A DNA stretch of 32,000 nucleotides from Hyperthermus butylicus DSM 5456 (lineage in GTDB: Archaea > Thermoproteota > Thermoprotei_A > Sulfolobales > Pyrodictiaceae), in the NCBI RefSeq assembly GCF_000015145.1, contig NC_008818.1:30001-62000 (forward strand). The letters run 5' to 3'. Below the pieces are notes generated by a model that worked only from the letters and a program-made list of their open reading frames with translations, was not told where the DNA came from and made no database searches. The stretch's first letter is position 1; each line of letters begins with the position of its first letter. This document shows, one piece after another, positions 14,860 through 21,723 of this stretch. Both the position numbers and the translations under genes were made by a program.

Positions 14860-16557
14860 TTGGCCGTGGAGTTTGTACAAGACGTTAGGCAGGCTAGGTT
14901 TCTCCGTGAACCAGTAGTCGAATCCCGGGGCGAGCTAAAGCATTGGATTGACGCGTTGGCCGACTGGCTAGAGGAGAGACTACGGGCCCGTGGCAAGGAG
15001 GTCTACGTCTTCAATGGAGGATTGTCTGTGTCCGGTCTTCAGCACGTTGGTAGGCTGAGGGGCGAAGTGATTATACTAGAGACACTGCGCCGCATACTCT
15101 CCCAAAGAGGGCTTAGGATAAAGCAGTACCTCACTCTCTACACACAGGATGCGTGGAAGGGCAAGGATAGTCAACTCAAAGCGTTCCCCAACCCCGAGGA
15201 GGCCCGCCGGTACACCGGCTGGCCCCTCATAAGGGTACCTGACCCTAAGGGCGAGCTTAGGAGTTGGGTTGACAGGTTCTGGCTTGACTTTGGTCCCTAC
15301 ATACCAGAGTTTACTGACGGCCAAGTGGAGGTTGTAACTACGACCGAACTCTACCGTGGTAAGCTGCTGGAGTTCGTGAAGATGTCTGTGGAGAGGCGTG
15401 AGGAGGTACGACGAGTCATAAACAGGTACCGTGGTAGAAAGCCGTATCCAGAAGGCTGGATACCATTTGAAGCAATATGCGCTAGGTGTGGCAGGATAGA
15501 CAGTACCGAGGCTCTCGAGGTCGATCTTGAGAGGGAGATGGTACGATATCGCTGTAAGCAGTGTGGTCACGAGGGCTGGGCCAAGCTCTGGGATGGGAAG
15601 TTAAACTGGAGGATAGAGTGGGTTGGCGTGTGGTGGGCGCTAGGAGTAGACTTTGAGCCTTACGGAAAAGACCATGCTACACCCGGCGGCAGCAGGGATA
15701 GTGCCAATGAGCTAGCTCGCTTAGTCTACGGCATCGAGCCGCCAGAGGGGCTCCCCTATGAGTGGGTTGCCGTGAAGACCCCGGATGGAGAGGCTGATAT
15801 GAGCAGTAGTGACTTTATAGGATTTACGCCCCGTGAGTGGCTAGAAGTGGCTCACCCGGAGGTCCTAAGGTTCCTCATGCTGAAGACCCCACCCATGAGG
15901 AAGATATCTCTTGGCCTCCACGAGGTGCCACAGTATTACGAACAGTACTACAAGGCTGAACGTGTATACTATGGTGTTGAGACGGCGGGATCTCGTGAGG
16001 AGGACATAGTGCTACGTAGGAGCTACGAGCTAAGCTATACCAGGGCGGGGCCGCCCGAGAAAATGCCTGCCCAGCCACCCTACACACACGTAGCGATTCT
16101 TGCGCAGATACTGCCAGAAAACTTGTGGCGCAGCGAGGCTGTAAAGAGGCTGCAAAGGAGTGGTCACATGCCAGACAATCCGACGAGCTTCGATATAGAG
16201 AGGCTCATGGCCCTACTGCCCCGCGCTAAGAGATGGGCTGAGCGTTACGCCCCCAGCCACATAAGGGTTAAGATACTCGAGGAGTTGCCAGACGATGTCA
16301 GGAGTCGTGTACCAGACTGGGCGCGTAAAGCGCTACGCGAGCTAGGTGAGAAGCTTGCAGTGCTCGAGGAGTGGAGCGAGGACGCCATCAAGAACGTGAT
16401 GATCGAGTTTACACGTGGCTGGGAGCCAGCAAAGAGGAGGGAGTTCTACCGCTACTTCTACCTAGTCTTCGTCGGCCGCGAGAGTGGGCCGAGAGCGGCT
16501 CCACTACTAGCACTGCTGGATCGCGAGTTTGTCGTCAGCAGGCTCTCAAGCATATAA
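14860..16557 (+). CDS. lysS: Class I lysyl-tRNA synthetase homolog
   Basis: Collinear, from my memory of the family, with archaeal LysRS-I: HW.D, SG..HVG, VPDP, DFEPYGKDH, RSYELS, REFYRYFYLVFVGRESGPR. The signature motifs deviate (see findings). TTG start at 14860 with no clear promoter of its own. Confidence 0.8.
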   Translation: MAVEFVQDVRQARFLREPVVESRGELKHWIDALADWLEERLRARGKEVYVFNGGLSVSGLQHVGRLRGEVIILETLRRILSQRGLRIKQYLTLYTQDAWKGKDSQLKAFPNPEEARRYTGWPLIRVPDPKGELRSWVDRFWLDFGPYIPEFTDGQVEVVTTTELYRGKLLEFVKMSVERREEVRRVINRYRGRKPYPEGWIPFEAICARCGRIDSTEALEVDLEREMVRYRCKQCGHEGWAKLWDGKLNWRIEWVGVWWALGVDFEPYGKDHATPGGSRDSANELARLVYGIEPPEGLPYEWVAVKTPDGEADMSSSDFIGFTPREWLEVAHPEVLRFLMLKTPPMRKISLGLHEVPQYYEQYYKAERVYYGVETAGSREEDIVLRRSYELSYTRAGPPEKMPAQPPYTHVAILAQILPENLWRSEAVKRLQRSGHMPDNPTSFDIERLMALLPRAKRWAERYAPSHIRVKILEELPDDVRSRVPDWARKALRELGEKLAVLEEWSEDAIKNVMIEFTRGWEPAKRREFYRYFYLVFVGRESGPRAAPLLALLDREFVVSRLSSI

Positions 16558-16732
16558 CATGTCTTTCACGGGCGTTAAACATTTTTATAGACTCTGGTGT
16601 ATATTCTCTTGCGGGCTGGTAAGTGTGAGTGCGCCTCTAACACTTGCAGTCTGTGGGAATATCCCCCAACACAAGCTCAACATAACAGTGGACGCCACAG
16701 CTTCACGCGTGGACATAGCTAGGCTCAAATGC

Positions 16733-17044
16733 ATGCTCAAGTGTGTATTCTCGCTCAGCGAGGAAGAGGCACAAGTACTAACCTACTTGATACTAAGGGG
16801 TAGAGGTGCCATAGCAAAGGACATAGCTGAAGCACTTGGCAGAAATCCTGAAGTTGTACGTCGTGCGCTACGAAGCCTCTACATGCACTCTCTCGTCGTT
16901 AGGAGGCCCTACCCGCTAAGGCGTGGCGGCAGGGCATACCTCTACGAGGTACCTGAGCATATTGTGGAGGCTGTAGCGAAGCTGTGTAGGGAGGTTCAGG
17001 AGCTAGACGAGCTAGTTAAAAGTAGAGGAAATGGTAAAGGCTAG
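16733..17044 (+). CDS. Winged helix-turn-helix transcriptional regulator (TrmB/MarR-like)
   Basis: LSEEEAQVLTYLILRGRGAIAKDIAEALGRNPEVVRRALRSLYMHSLVVRR is a classic wHTH layout. The start is uncertain: ATG at 16733 is preferred; GTG at 16625 or ATG at 16559 are possible. TATA-like boxes lie at 16582-16590 and 16597-16608. Confidence 0.6.
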   Translation: MLKCVFSLSEEEAQVLTYLILRGRGAIAKDIAEALGRNPEVVRRALRSLYMHSLVVRRPYPLRRGGRAYLYEVPEHIVEAVAKLCREVQELDELVKSRGNGKG

Positions 17045-17919
17045 GAACCTCTGCCTTCCAGTAGCCTTATCCCGCCAAGCCCTATAAGGGTGTAGTGGCG
17101 TAGCCCGCTATAGAACCTTGTCTCTACACCCCTCTCCCGGAGCCTCCTGTCAACCTCCTCCATAGATAGGTCTGTCAGCCTGTACTTGTCAGAGGCGAAT
17201 ACGAAGCTGTTAACATACATGAACGATGGCACCCACACACCATATTCCTCAGCGTGCGCGAATAGGCTCTTGACAGAGCCGTACACCTTCTCAAACGCTT
17301 CTGGGAAGAGTGCGGCGCAGCCAGCCTGAGTCACAAGTATACCATCGCTCCTAAGCACGGACTTAACGAGGCCTATAGCTTCCTTCGTATAGAGCTTAGC
17401 AGCTATCTTCGGGCCAAATGGGTCAGTGAGATCCATTATTATGACGTCGAAGTCTTCTCCTCGTCGTGCTGCCTCCTTTATGTACTCAAAGCCATCCATT
17501 ATGACTACTTGTGCTCTTGGGTCGTCAAAGGCGCCTTGGTGCCACTCTGGAAGATACTCCCGTGCAACCCTAACAACCTCCCCATCAATATCAACCATGA
17601 CGGCCTTCTCAACAGTATTATGCTTCAGAACCTCTCGAAGTGTTGCTCCCTCACCACCACCCAGTATGAGGACACGCCGCGGGTTAGGATGGACCGTCAT
17701 AGCTGGGTGAACGAGTGTCTCGTGGTATATGTGCTCGTCGCTCTCGGTACTCTGTATAAGCCCGTCAAGCACAAGCGTCTTACCGAAGCCGCGTAGAACA
17801 AGAATCATTATCTCCTGGTACTGTGACCTGCCATGGTAAAGGATCTTCTCAACGGGGTAAAGTGCACCGATGGGGCCTCCAGGCTGGTAAATGTTTAGCC
17901 TAAACATTCCCAGCTCCAC
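17041..17919 (-). CDS. speE: Polyamine aminopropyltransferase (spermidine synthase family)
   Basis: YHETLVHP, ILGGGEGATLREV, VDIDGEVV and IIMDLTDP are present. GTG start at 17919; the alternative ATG is at 17907. Confidence 0.9.
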   Translation of the reverse strand: MELGMFRLNIYQPGGPIGALYPVEKILYHGRSQYQEIMILVLRGFGKTLVLDGLIQSTESDEHIYHETLVHPAMTVHPNPRRVLILGGGEGATLREVLKHNTVEKAVMVDIDGEVVRVAREYLPEWHQGAFDDPRAQVVIMDGFEYIKEAARRGEDFDVIIMDLTDPFGPKIAAKLYTKEAIGLVKSVLRSDGILVTQAGCAALFPEAFEKVYGSVKSLFAHAEEYGVWVPSFMYVNSFVFASDKYRLTDLSMEEVDRRLRERGVETRFYSGLRHYTLIGLGGIRLLEGRGS

Positions 17920-17955
17920 AGCACATACACCCGTAAGCCACCGAAATAGCTAACC

Positions 17956-17966
17956 ATATTAATAAG
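17956..17966. promoter_or_regulatory. Shared, near-palindromic TATA element between speE (-) and the C/D sRNA candidate (+)
   Basis: ATATTAATAAG lies ~35-40 nt from the speE GTG start at 17919 (~50 nt from the alternative ATG at 17907) and ~30 nt from the C box at 17994. Confidence 0.5.
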
Positions 17967-17987
17967 ACTCGGCTAGCAAAACCGCAA

Positions 17988-18056
17988 CCGGAAGTGATGA
18001 GGGCCTTTAGGCCAGACCACACAGCCCGGATGAAGAAAGTACCCTCGGCTGACAAC
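17988..18056 (+). ncRNA. Candidate C/D box sRNA (2'-O-methylation guide)
   Basis: C box GTGATGA 17994-18000; 12-nt guide 18001-18012; D' CAGA 18013-18016; C' ATGAAGA 18030-18036; 12-nt guide 18037-18048; D box CTGA 18049-18052. The core is 59 nt. The TATA-like box ATATTAATAAG (17956-17966) is placed to start transcription a few nt before the C box. Confidence 0.6.
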
Positions 18057-18229
18057 TTGCTGTTAGAATTGCTTCTCGTAATACTTTCACGTATATACCA
18101 TAGAGACTGAAGAGTTAGTGGTGTACTGGCTGCATCTCCAGCGTCTTTACTCGCTACTTCCAAGCAACGCTAAACTGGTGTCAAGACAATATAATGGCGC
18201 GAAGATCTATTGTGGTGATGGAGGAGTAG

Positions 18230-18304
18230 TGGAGCCGCCGGCGGGATTCGAACCCGCGACCACCGGCTTACAAGGCCGGCGCTCTACCGCTGAGCTACGG
18301 CGGC
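18230..18304 (-). tRNA. tRNA-Thr (anticodon UGU), CCA encoded, no intron
   Basis: The reverse complement folds as a cloverleaf: GCCGCCG TA GCTC AGCGGTA GAGC G CCGGC CTTGTAA GCCGG TGGTC GCGGG TTCGAAT CCCGC CGGCGGC T CCA. Confidence 0.95.
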
Positions 18305-18346
18305 ACAGTAGCCGTGTAATGATATTCCGGGATGGGTCTGGGTGTT

Positions 18347-18358
18347 AAGTATTTTATT
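18347..18358 (-). promoter_or_regulatory. Putative tRNA-Thr promoter TATA box
   Basis: On the minus strand, AATAAAATACTT is centred ~49 nt upstream of the mature tRNA 5' end (18304). This would give a leader of ~20-25 nt. Confidence 0.4.
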
Positions 18359-18393
18359 CTCAGGCTGTATTTAAGCTTGGTTTAGGGCATGCC

Positions 18394-19023
18394 ATGGCAG
18401 GTATTGATGTCAGCATAGACGAGCTTGAGGAGTATACATCGAAGCTTATCCGTGTCCCCTTAGGCGGCATGTTTAGGTTTAGGTGCACACGGTGTGGTCG
18501 TTGCTGCAGCGGCGGTCCGAATGTTGTGCTCACGATATTTGATGTTGTGCGTATGGCTAGGTTTCTGCGTGTGTCGTGGCGCAATTTTCTCCGAGGCTAT
18601 GTGAAGATAGTTGTTGCAGATGTCTATCCGTTCATGCTGCTCCGAGGCGATGAGCGGAATCGCTGCTTTTTCCTAGCTGAAAAGCATGATGGAACCAAGC
18701 TGTGTGTAATCTATCCAGCGAGGCCTATGCGGTGCAGGCTCTACCCTATCCTAGTTGAGGACTTCTCAGTAAAACATGTGTTTGTGGATCCCAAGTCGCC
18801 CGGTGTTGGACAAGGTCGTTTACGGCCACTTCCCAGGAGGCTTATTGAACAATATGTGTGGGAGCGCAAGGAGCATTATCAGCGCCTCCACAAACTCATC
18901 GTTAATGAGGGATTGCCGCCGCTTCGAGCGCTCTACCGTGCTCTCGAGGATGCCTGGGCTGAGGCTGAGAAGGGAGCACAATGGGCTGACCTCGACTGGT
19001 TAGAGTCTCTTGGCTCAGTGTAG
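18394..19023 (+). CDS. YkgJ-family (CxxCxxCC) zinc/iron-chelating domain protein
   Basis: FRCTRCGRCCSGG at the N-terminus, then RCFFL...LCVIYPARPMRCRLYP, match the PF03692-type pattern. A TATA-like box (18367-18376) lies ~23 nt upstream of the ATG. Confidence 0.75.
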   Translation: MAGIDVSIDELEEYTSKLIRVPLGGMFRFRCTRCGRCCSGGPNVVLTIFDVVRMARFLRVSWRNFLRGYVKIVVADVYPFMLLRGDERNRCFFLAEKHDGTKLCVIYPARPMRCRLYPILVEDFSVKHVFVDPKSPGVGQGRLRPLPRRLIEQYVWERKEHYQRLHKLIVNEGLPPLRALYRALEDAWAEAEKGAQWADLDWLESLGSV

Positions 19024-19069
19024 TGGGTGAAGCCATATAGCATGCCTTGCAGCAGCATACAAGCCCCTT

Positions 19070-19810
19070 TTGGGGCAAGAAGGCTTGCCTAGAAGGATCG
19101 AAGACCTGCCTCCTATGGAACGAGTAGATGCATACATCATTAATGTTGAGAGAGTTATAGAGAAGCTCAGGGGCAAAGTTAGTGGTAGTGTTGCAAAAAT
19201 TGTGGAGCTAGCTGCAGCCTACGCCAATGATGCAAGGTACTACCTGGAGAAGGGTGATGTCTTTACAGCTCTTGCCGATATAGCCTATGCTGAGGGTCTT
19301 CTCGATGCGCTGCGGTGGCTTGGCCTTGCAGAGTTTAGCTGGGAGCAAACAAGCGCGATTGCCTCGCGGCCAAAGGTGTTGGTTGCTGGTACGTTCGACA
19401 TAATCCATCCGGGCCACATTACGCTTCTAAGGGAGGCCTGGCTGCGGGGCAGAGTATACGTTGTTGTCGCCCGTGACGAGACTGTCAAGAAATTCAAGGG
19501 TAGGCCGCCAGTAGTCCCCGAGGAGCAGCGTCTAAGCGTGGTCGGGGCGATGCGTTATGTGTATAAGGCGATGCTGGGTAGTAGAAGGGATGTGCTAGAG
19601 CCACTCCTCGAGGTTAAGCCTGACATAGTGCTTCTTGGTCCGGATCAATGGGCTGACGAGGATTGGCTGCGTGTAAGGCTCGAGGAGCATGGTTTGAGGC
19701 CGCGAATTGAGAGGCTGCGGGCTAAGCTGGACTGTCCACTCTGCAGCTCTACATCGATAATATGTAGGGCAACGGAGCTGGCTTCGGCGACCGGTATTTG
19801 CCGGCGCTAG
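19070..19810 (+). CDS. ribL: FAD synthase RibL-type cytidylyltransferase fused to an N-terminal DUF357-like helical domain
   Basis: The C-terminal half, VLVAGTFDIIHPGHITLLREA...VVVARDETVKKFKGRPPVVPEEQR, closely follows my recollection of archaeal RibL. The N-terminal ~95 aa (YANDARYYLEKGDVFTALADIAYAEGLLDAL) resembles DUF357. TTG start at 19070 is close to a TATA-like box (19033-19041); the alternative ATG is at 19115. Confidence 0.75.
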   Translation: MGQEGLPRRIEDLPPMERVDAYIINVERVIEKLRGKVSGSVAKIVELAAAYANDARYYLEKGDVFTALADIAYAEGLLDALRWLGLAEFSWEQTSAIASRPKVLVAGTFDIIHPGHITLLREAWLRGRVYVVVARDETVKKFKGRPPVVPEEQRLSVVGAMRYVYKAMLGSRRDVLEPLLEVKPDIVLLGPDQWADEDWLRVRLEEHGLRPRIERLRAKLDCPLCSSTSIICRATELASATGICRR

Positions 19811-20451
19811 TAGCCCTCCACGAGTAATGAATATATCCTCTTTAGCTCCCGGATAGGGTCTGGTGCATAGTCTACGCGCAAGTCTATAACACGGTCATAG
19901 TATGGTGCATATTCGGTCTGGCCGACGACGAGTAGCGCAGCTGATTTGTCGCCGCGCCTATCGCCGCCCGCCCGGTGGCCAGCCTCAATGGCTGCTAGGA
20001 GCTTCTCGGCTAGGGTGCCACGGGTATCCATGAACGCGTTTACTGCTTCGCGGCATACGTCAGGGCCGCGTACGAGGTTCGCGATGCATACCACTGGCTC
20101 TCTGGGATGGATATAGTAGCCGTGCCAAGAGGGCGACCACTCGCCATCATGTACGGCTACGTCGCCGCGATAGTCTACTACAGCTACCTGCCGATGTGCG
20201 GGGCTCGGGTCGCTTTGAAGGGCCCTTCGTAGGGCCTCCTCGGCGCTCATAGCCTTGGAGAGATACTCAAGGATCATTGGCGCGAGTGCTGGGTTTGTGT
20301 AGGCCTGGGTAGCTACTACGCCGATGCCGTGCCGGCCCCAGGGAACCCTAGATCCTACAGCAATGCTGCCCGAGACCGTTGAGATGCCGGCCTGACCGAG
20401 TAGGGGGTCGTAGGCGAGTATACTGTAGGTCAAGGCTGCTGCTCCCACCAT
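19807..20451 (-). CDS. DUF1028 family protein (Ntn-hydrolase fold)
   Basis: TYSILAYDPLLGQAGISTVSGSIAVGSRVPWGRHGIGVVATQAYTNP matches the DUF1028 N-terminal pattern (T-F/Y-S-I-V-A-x-D ... ATQA). A TATA-like box lies at 20479-20487. Confidence 0.8.
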   Translation of the reverse strand: MVGAAALTYSILAYDPLLGQAGISTVSGSIAVGSRVPWGRHGIGVVATQAYTNPALAPMILEYLSKAMSAEEALRRALQSDPSPAHRQVAVVDYRGDVAVHDGEWSPSWHGYYIHPREPVVCIANLVRGPDVCREAVNAFMDTRGTLAEKLLAAIEAGHRAGGDRRGDKSAALLVVGQTEYAPYYDRVIDLRVDYAPDPIRELKRIYSLLVEGY

Positions 20452-20532
20452 CCAGGGAGACTAGGCACCCCTACTAGAAGGTAAAATAGAGGGGCTAATG
20501 CGGCCGAGAGGAGTTTAGACTCTGCGATAATG

Positions 20533-20739
20533 CTAGACCGTGTAGAGTTGCTTCTTAACCTCCTCAGGCACATCGTCCTCCCTGAGCACCGGATATGTTG
20601 GCGGTACGTCCTTCCTCTTAGGCCCAACCACGATGTATCTTGCCGGGTCATTCTCCTCCCTGCTCTTCAACACGCGTACCTTGACATACCAGCCATCGTT
20701 GCGGAGGACATACGCGTACTTTCCGTGCTTCCCGCCCAT
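20533..20739 (-). CDS. Small hypothetical protein (68 aa)
   Basis: MGGKHGKYAYVLRNDGWYVKVRVLKSREENDPARYIVVGPKRKDVPPTYPVLREDDVPEEVKKQLYTV has a protein-like composition. The ATG at 20739 is preceded by GGGGTGGA and by a TATA-like box (20774-20785). Confidence 0.5.
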   Translation of the reverse strand: MGGKHGKYAYVLRNDGWYVKVRVLKSREENDPARYIVVGPKRKDVPPTYPVLREDDVPEEVKKQLYTV

Positions 20740-20807
20740 ATATCCACCCCGAGCTACAGCCGGGCTTACCGGCAACCTATAAGCCTTAGAGGCTAGAGGG
20801 TAGACCA

Positions 20808-20840
20808 GAACTATACTACTCGGGAACTATACTACTCGGG
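20808..20840. repeat. Perfect tandem duplication (2 x 16 nt) in a divergent promoter region
   Basis: AACTATACTACTCGGG occurs at 20809-20824 and again at 20825-20840. The second copy ends 12 nt before the ATG at 20853. Confidence 0.9.
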
Positions 20841-20852
20841 GGCGAGTTCCAC

Positions 20853-21485
20853 ATGATTATCAACAAGAAGGTTGTCGAGGTGCCTGAGATACCGGTAGAG
20901 CAGACTGTAAGACTGTCGGCAGACAGGACAGCAGTGATAGTGGTTGACATGCAGAACGATTTTGTGAGGCCGGAGGGCAAGCTATTCGTCCCAACAGCGC
21001 CCAAGACTATCCAGGCGATAAGGGAGCTGCTCGAAAAGGCTAGGCGCCATGCAGTAATGACTATATACACCATGGATACGCACTACTCTGATGATCCCGA
21101 GTTTAGGATATGGGGGGAACATGTTGTTAAGGGCTCCTGGGGCTGGCAGATAGTAGACGAGTTAAAGCCTACCAGGAACGAGATAGTAGTCGAGAAGACT
21201 AGGTATGATGGGTTCTACGGTACGCCGATAGATGATCTGCTACGTGTGCATGGTATAGAGAATGTTGTTATTGTTGGGACAGTTGCAAACATATGTGTTC
21301 TCCATACAGCGGCAAGCGCAGCACTACGCTGGTACAAGGTGTACGTGCCCATGGATGGTATCAGCGCGCTCAATGAGTTCGACTACTATCTAACACTCCG
21401 GCAGATAACCTTCCTCTACCGCGGCGTGGTTGTGGAGAGCGTTAAAGGCATAGAGTTTGAGGGTCAGGGCAAGTGGCCCCGTTAG
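20853..21485 (+). CDS. Isochorismatase-family hydrolase (nicotinamidase-like)
   Basis: AVIVVDMQNDF, TMDTH...WGEHVVKGSWG, and VVIVGTVANICVLHTAASA with the catalytic Cys are present. Confidence 0.85.
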   Translation: MIINKKVVEVPEIPVEQTVRLSADRTAVIVVDMQNDFVRPEGKLFVPTAPKTIQAIRELLEKARRHAVMTIYTMDTHYSDDPEFRIWGEHVVKGSWGWQIVDELKPTRNEIVVEKTRYDGFYGTPIDDLLRVHGIENVVIVGTVANICVLHTAASAALRWYKVYVPMDGISALNEFDYYLTLRQITFLYRGVVVESVKGIEFEGQGKWPR

Positions 21486-21614
21486 CCGGATAGCTGAAGA
21501 CGTGCTCCGTAAACCGGAAGCATGAGTTTAAAGCCAAGAAGCGGCTATACATCAACCATACAACCACGACTGCTGCAATATCAGCATAGCAGCCTCTTGG
21601 CATGCGCATCGTGA

Positions 21615-21623
21615 TTTTTATAT
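21615..21623. promoter_or_regulatory. Strong orphan TATA-like box
   Basis: TTTTTATAT lies ~100 nt upstream of the helicase GTG (21724), too far for a leaderless start. It is immediately followed by the perfect hairpin GAGGAT-tac-ATCCTC (21624-21638). Confidence 0.4.
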
Positions 21624-21723
21624 GAGGATTACATCCTCGGCAAGCAGTCTAGCATAGGTACACCGTTGCTTGTCTACAAGCCTCCCAGACCTTTAGGCTG
21701 GAGGGTGTTGGACAGCTGTAGTA

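Noticed and set aside
18121-18190. Possible H/ACA-like hairpin (AGCGT...ACGCT, CC..GG) followed by ACA at 18186-88
   Set aside because: The pairing is short and interrupted, the ACA is 8 nt from the stem, and there is no K-turn. The support is insufficient.
18230-18304. Possible intron or split arrangement in the tRNA gene (given endA nearby)
   Set aside because: The 75-nt sequence folds into a complete, uninterrupted cloverleaf with a 7-nt anticodon loop. No bulge-helix-bulge insertion is present.
17900-18348. Track ORFs 17900..18163 (-) and 18118..18348 (+)
   Set aside because: They cover intergenic DNA and the tRNA-Thr gene, and the plus ORF reads through the antisense of the tRNA. Their composition is not protein-like. 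The region is better explained by the C/D sRNA candidate, the tRNA and promoters.
20530-20796. 88-aa plus-strand ORF mirroring the 20533..20775 minus-strand ORF
   Set aside because: Only one of the two can reasonably be real. The minus-strand reading has a charged, protein-like sequence plus a TATA box and a GGGGTGGA box before its ATG. The plus reading is hydrophobic, His/Arg/Leu-rich and lacks start signals.
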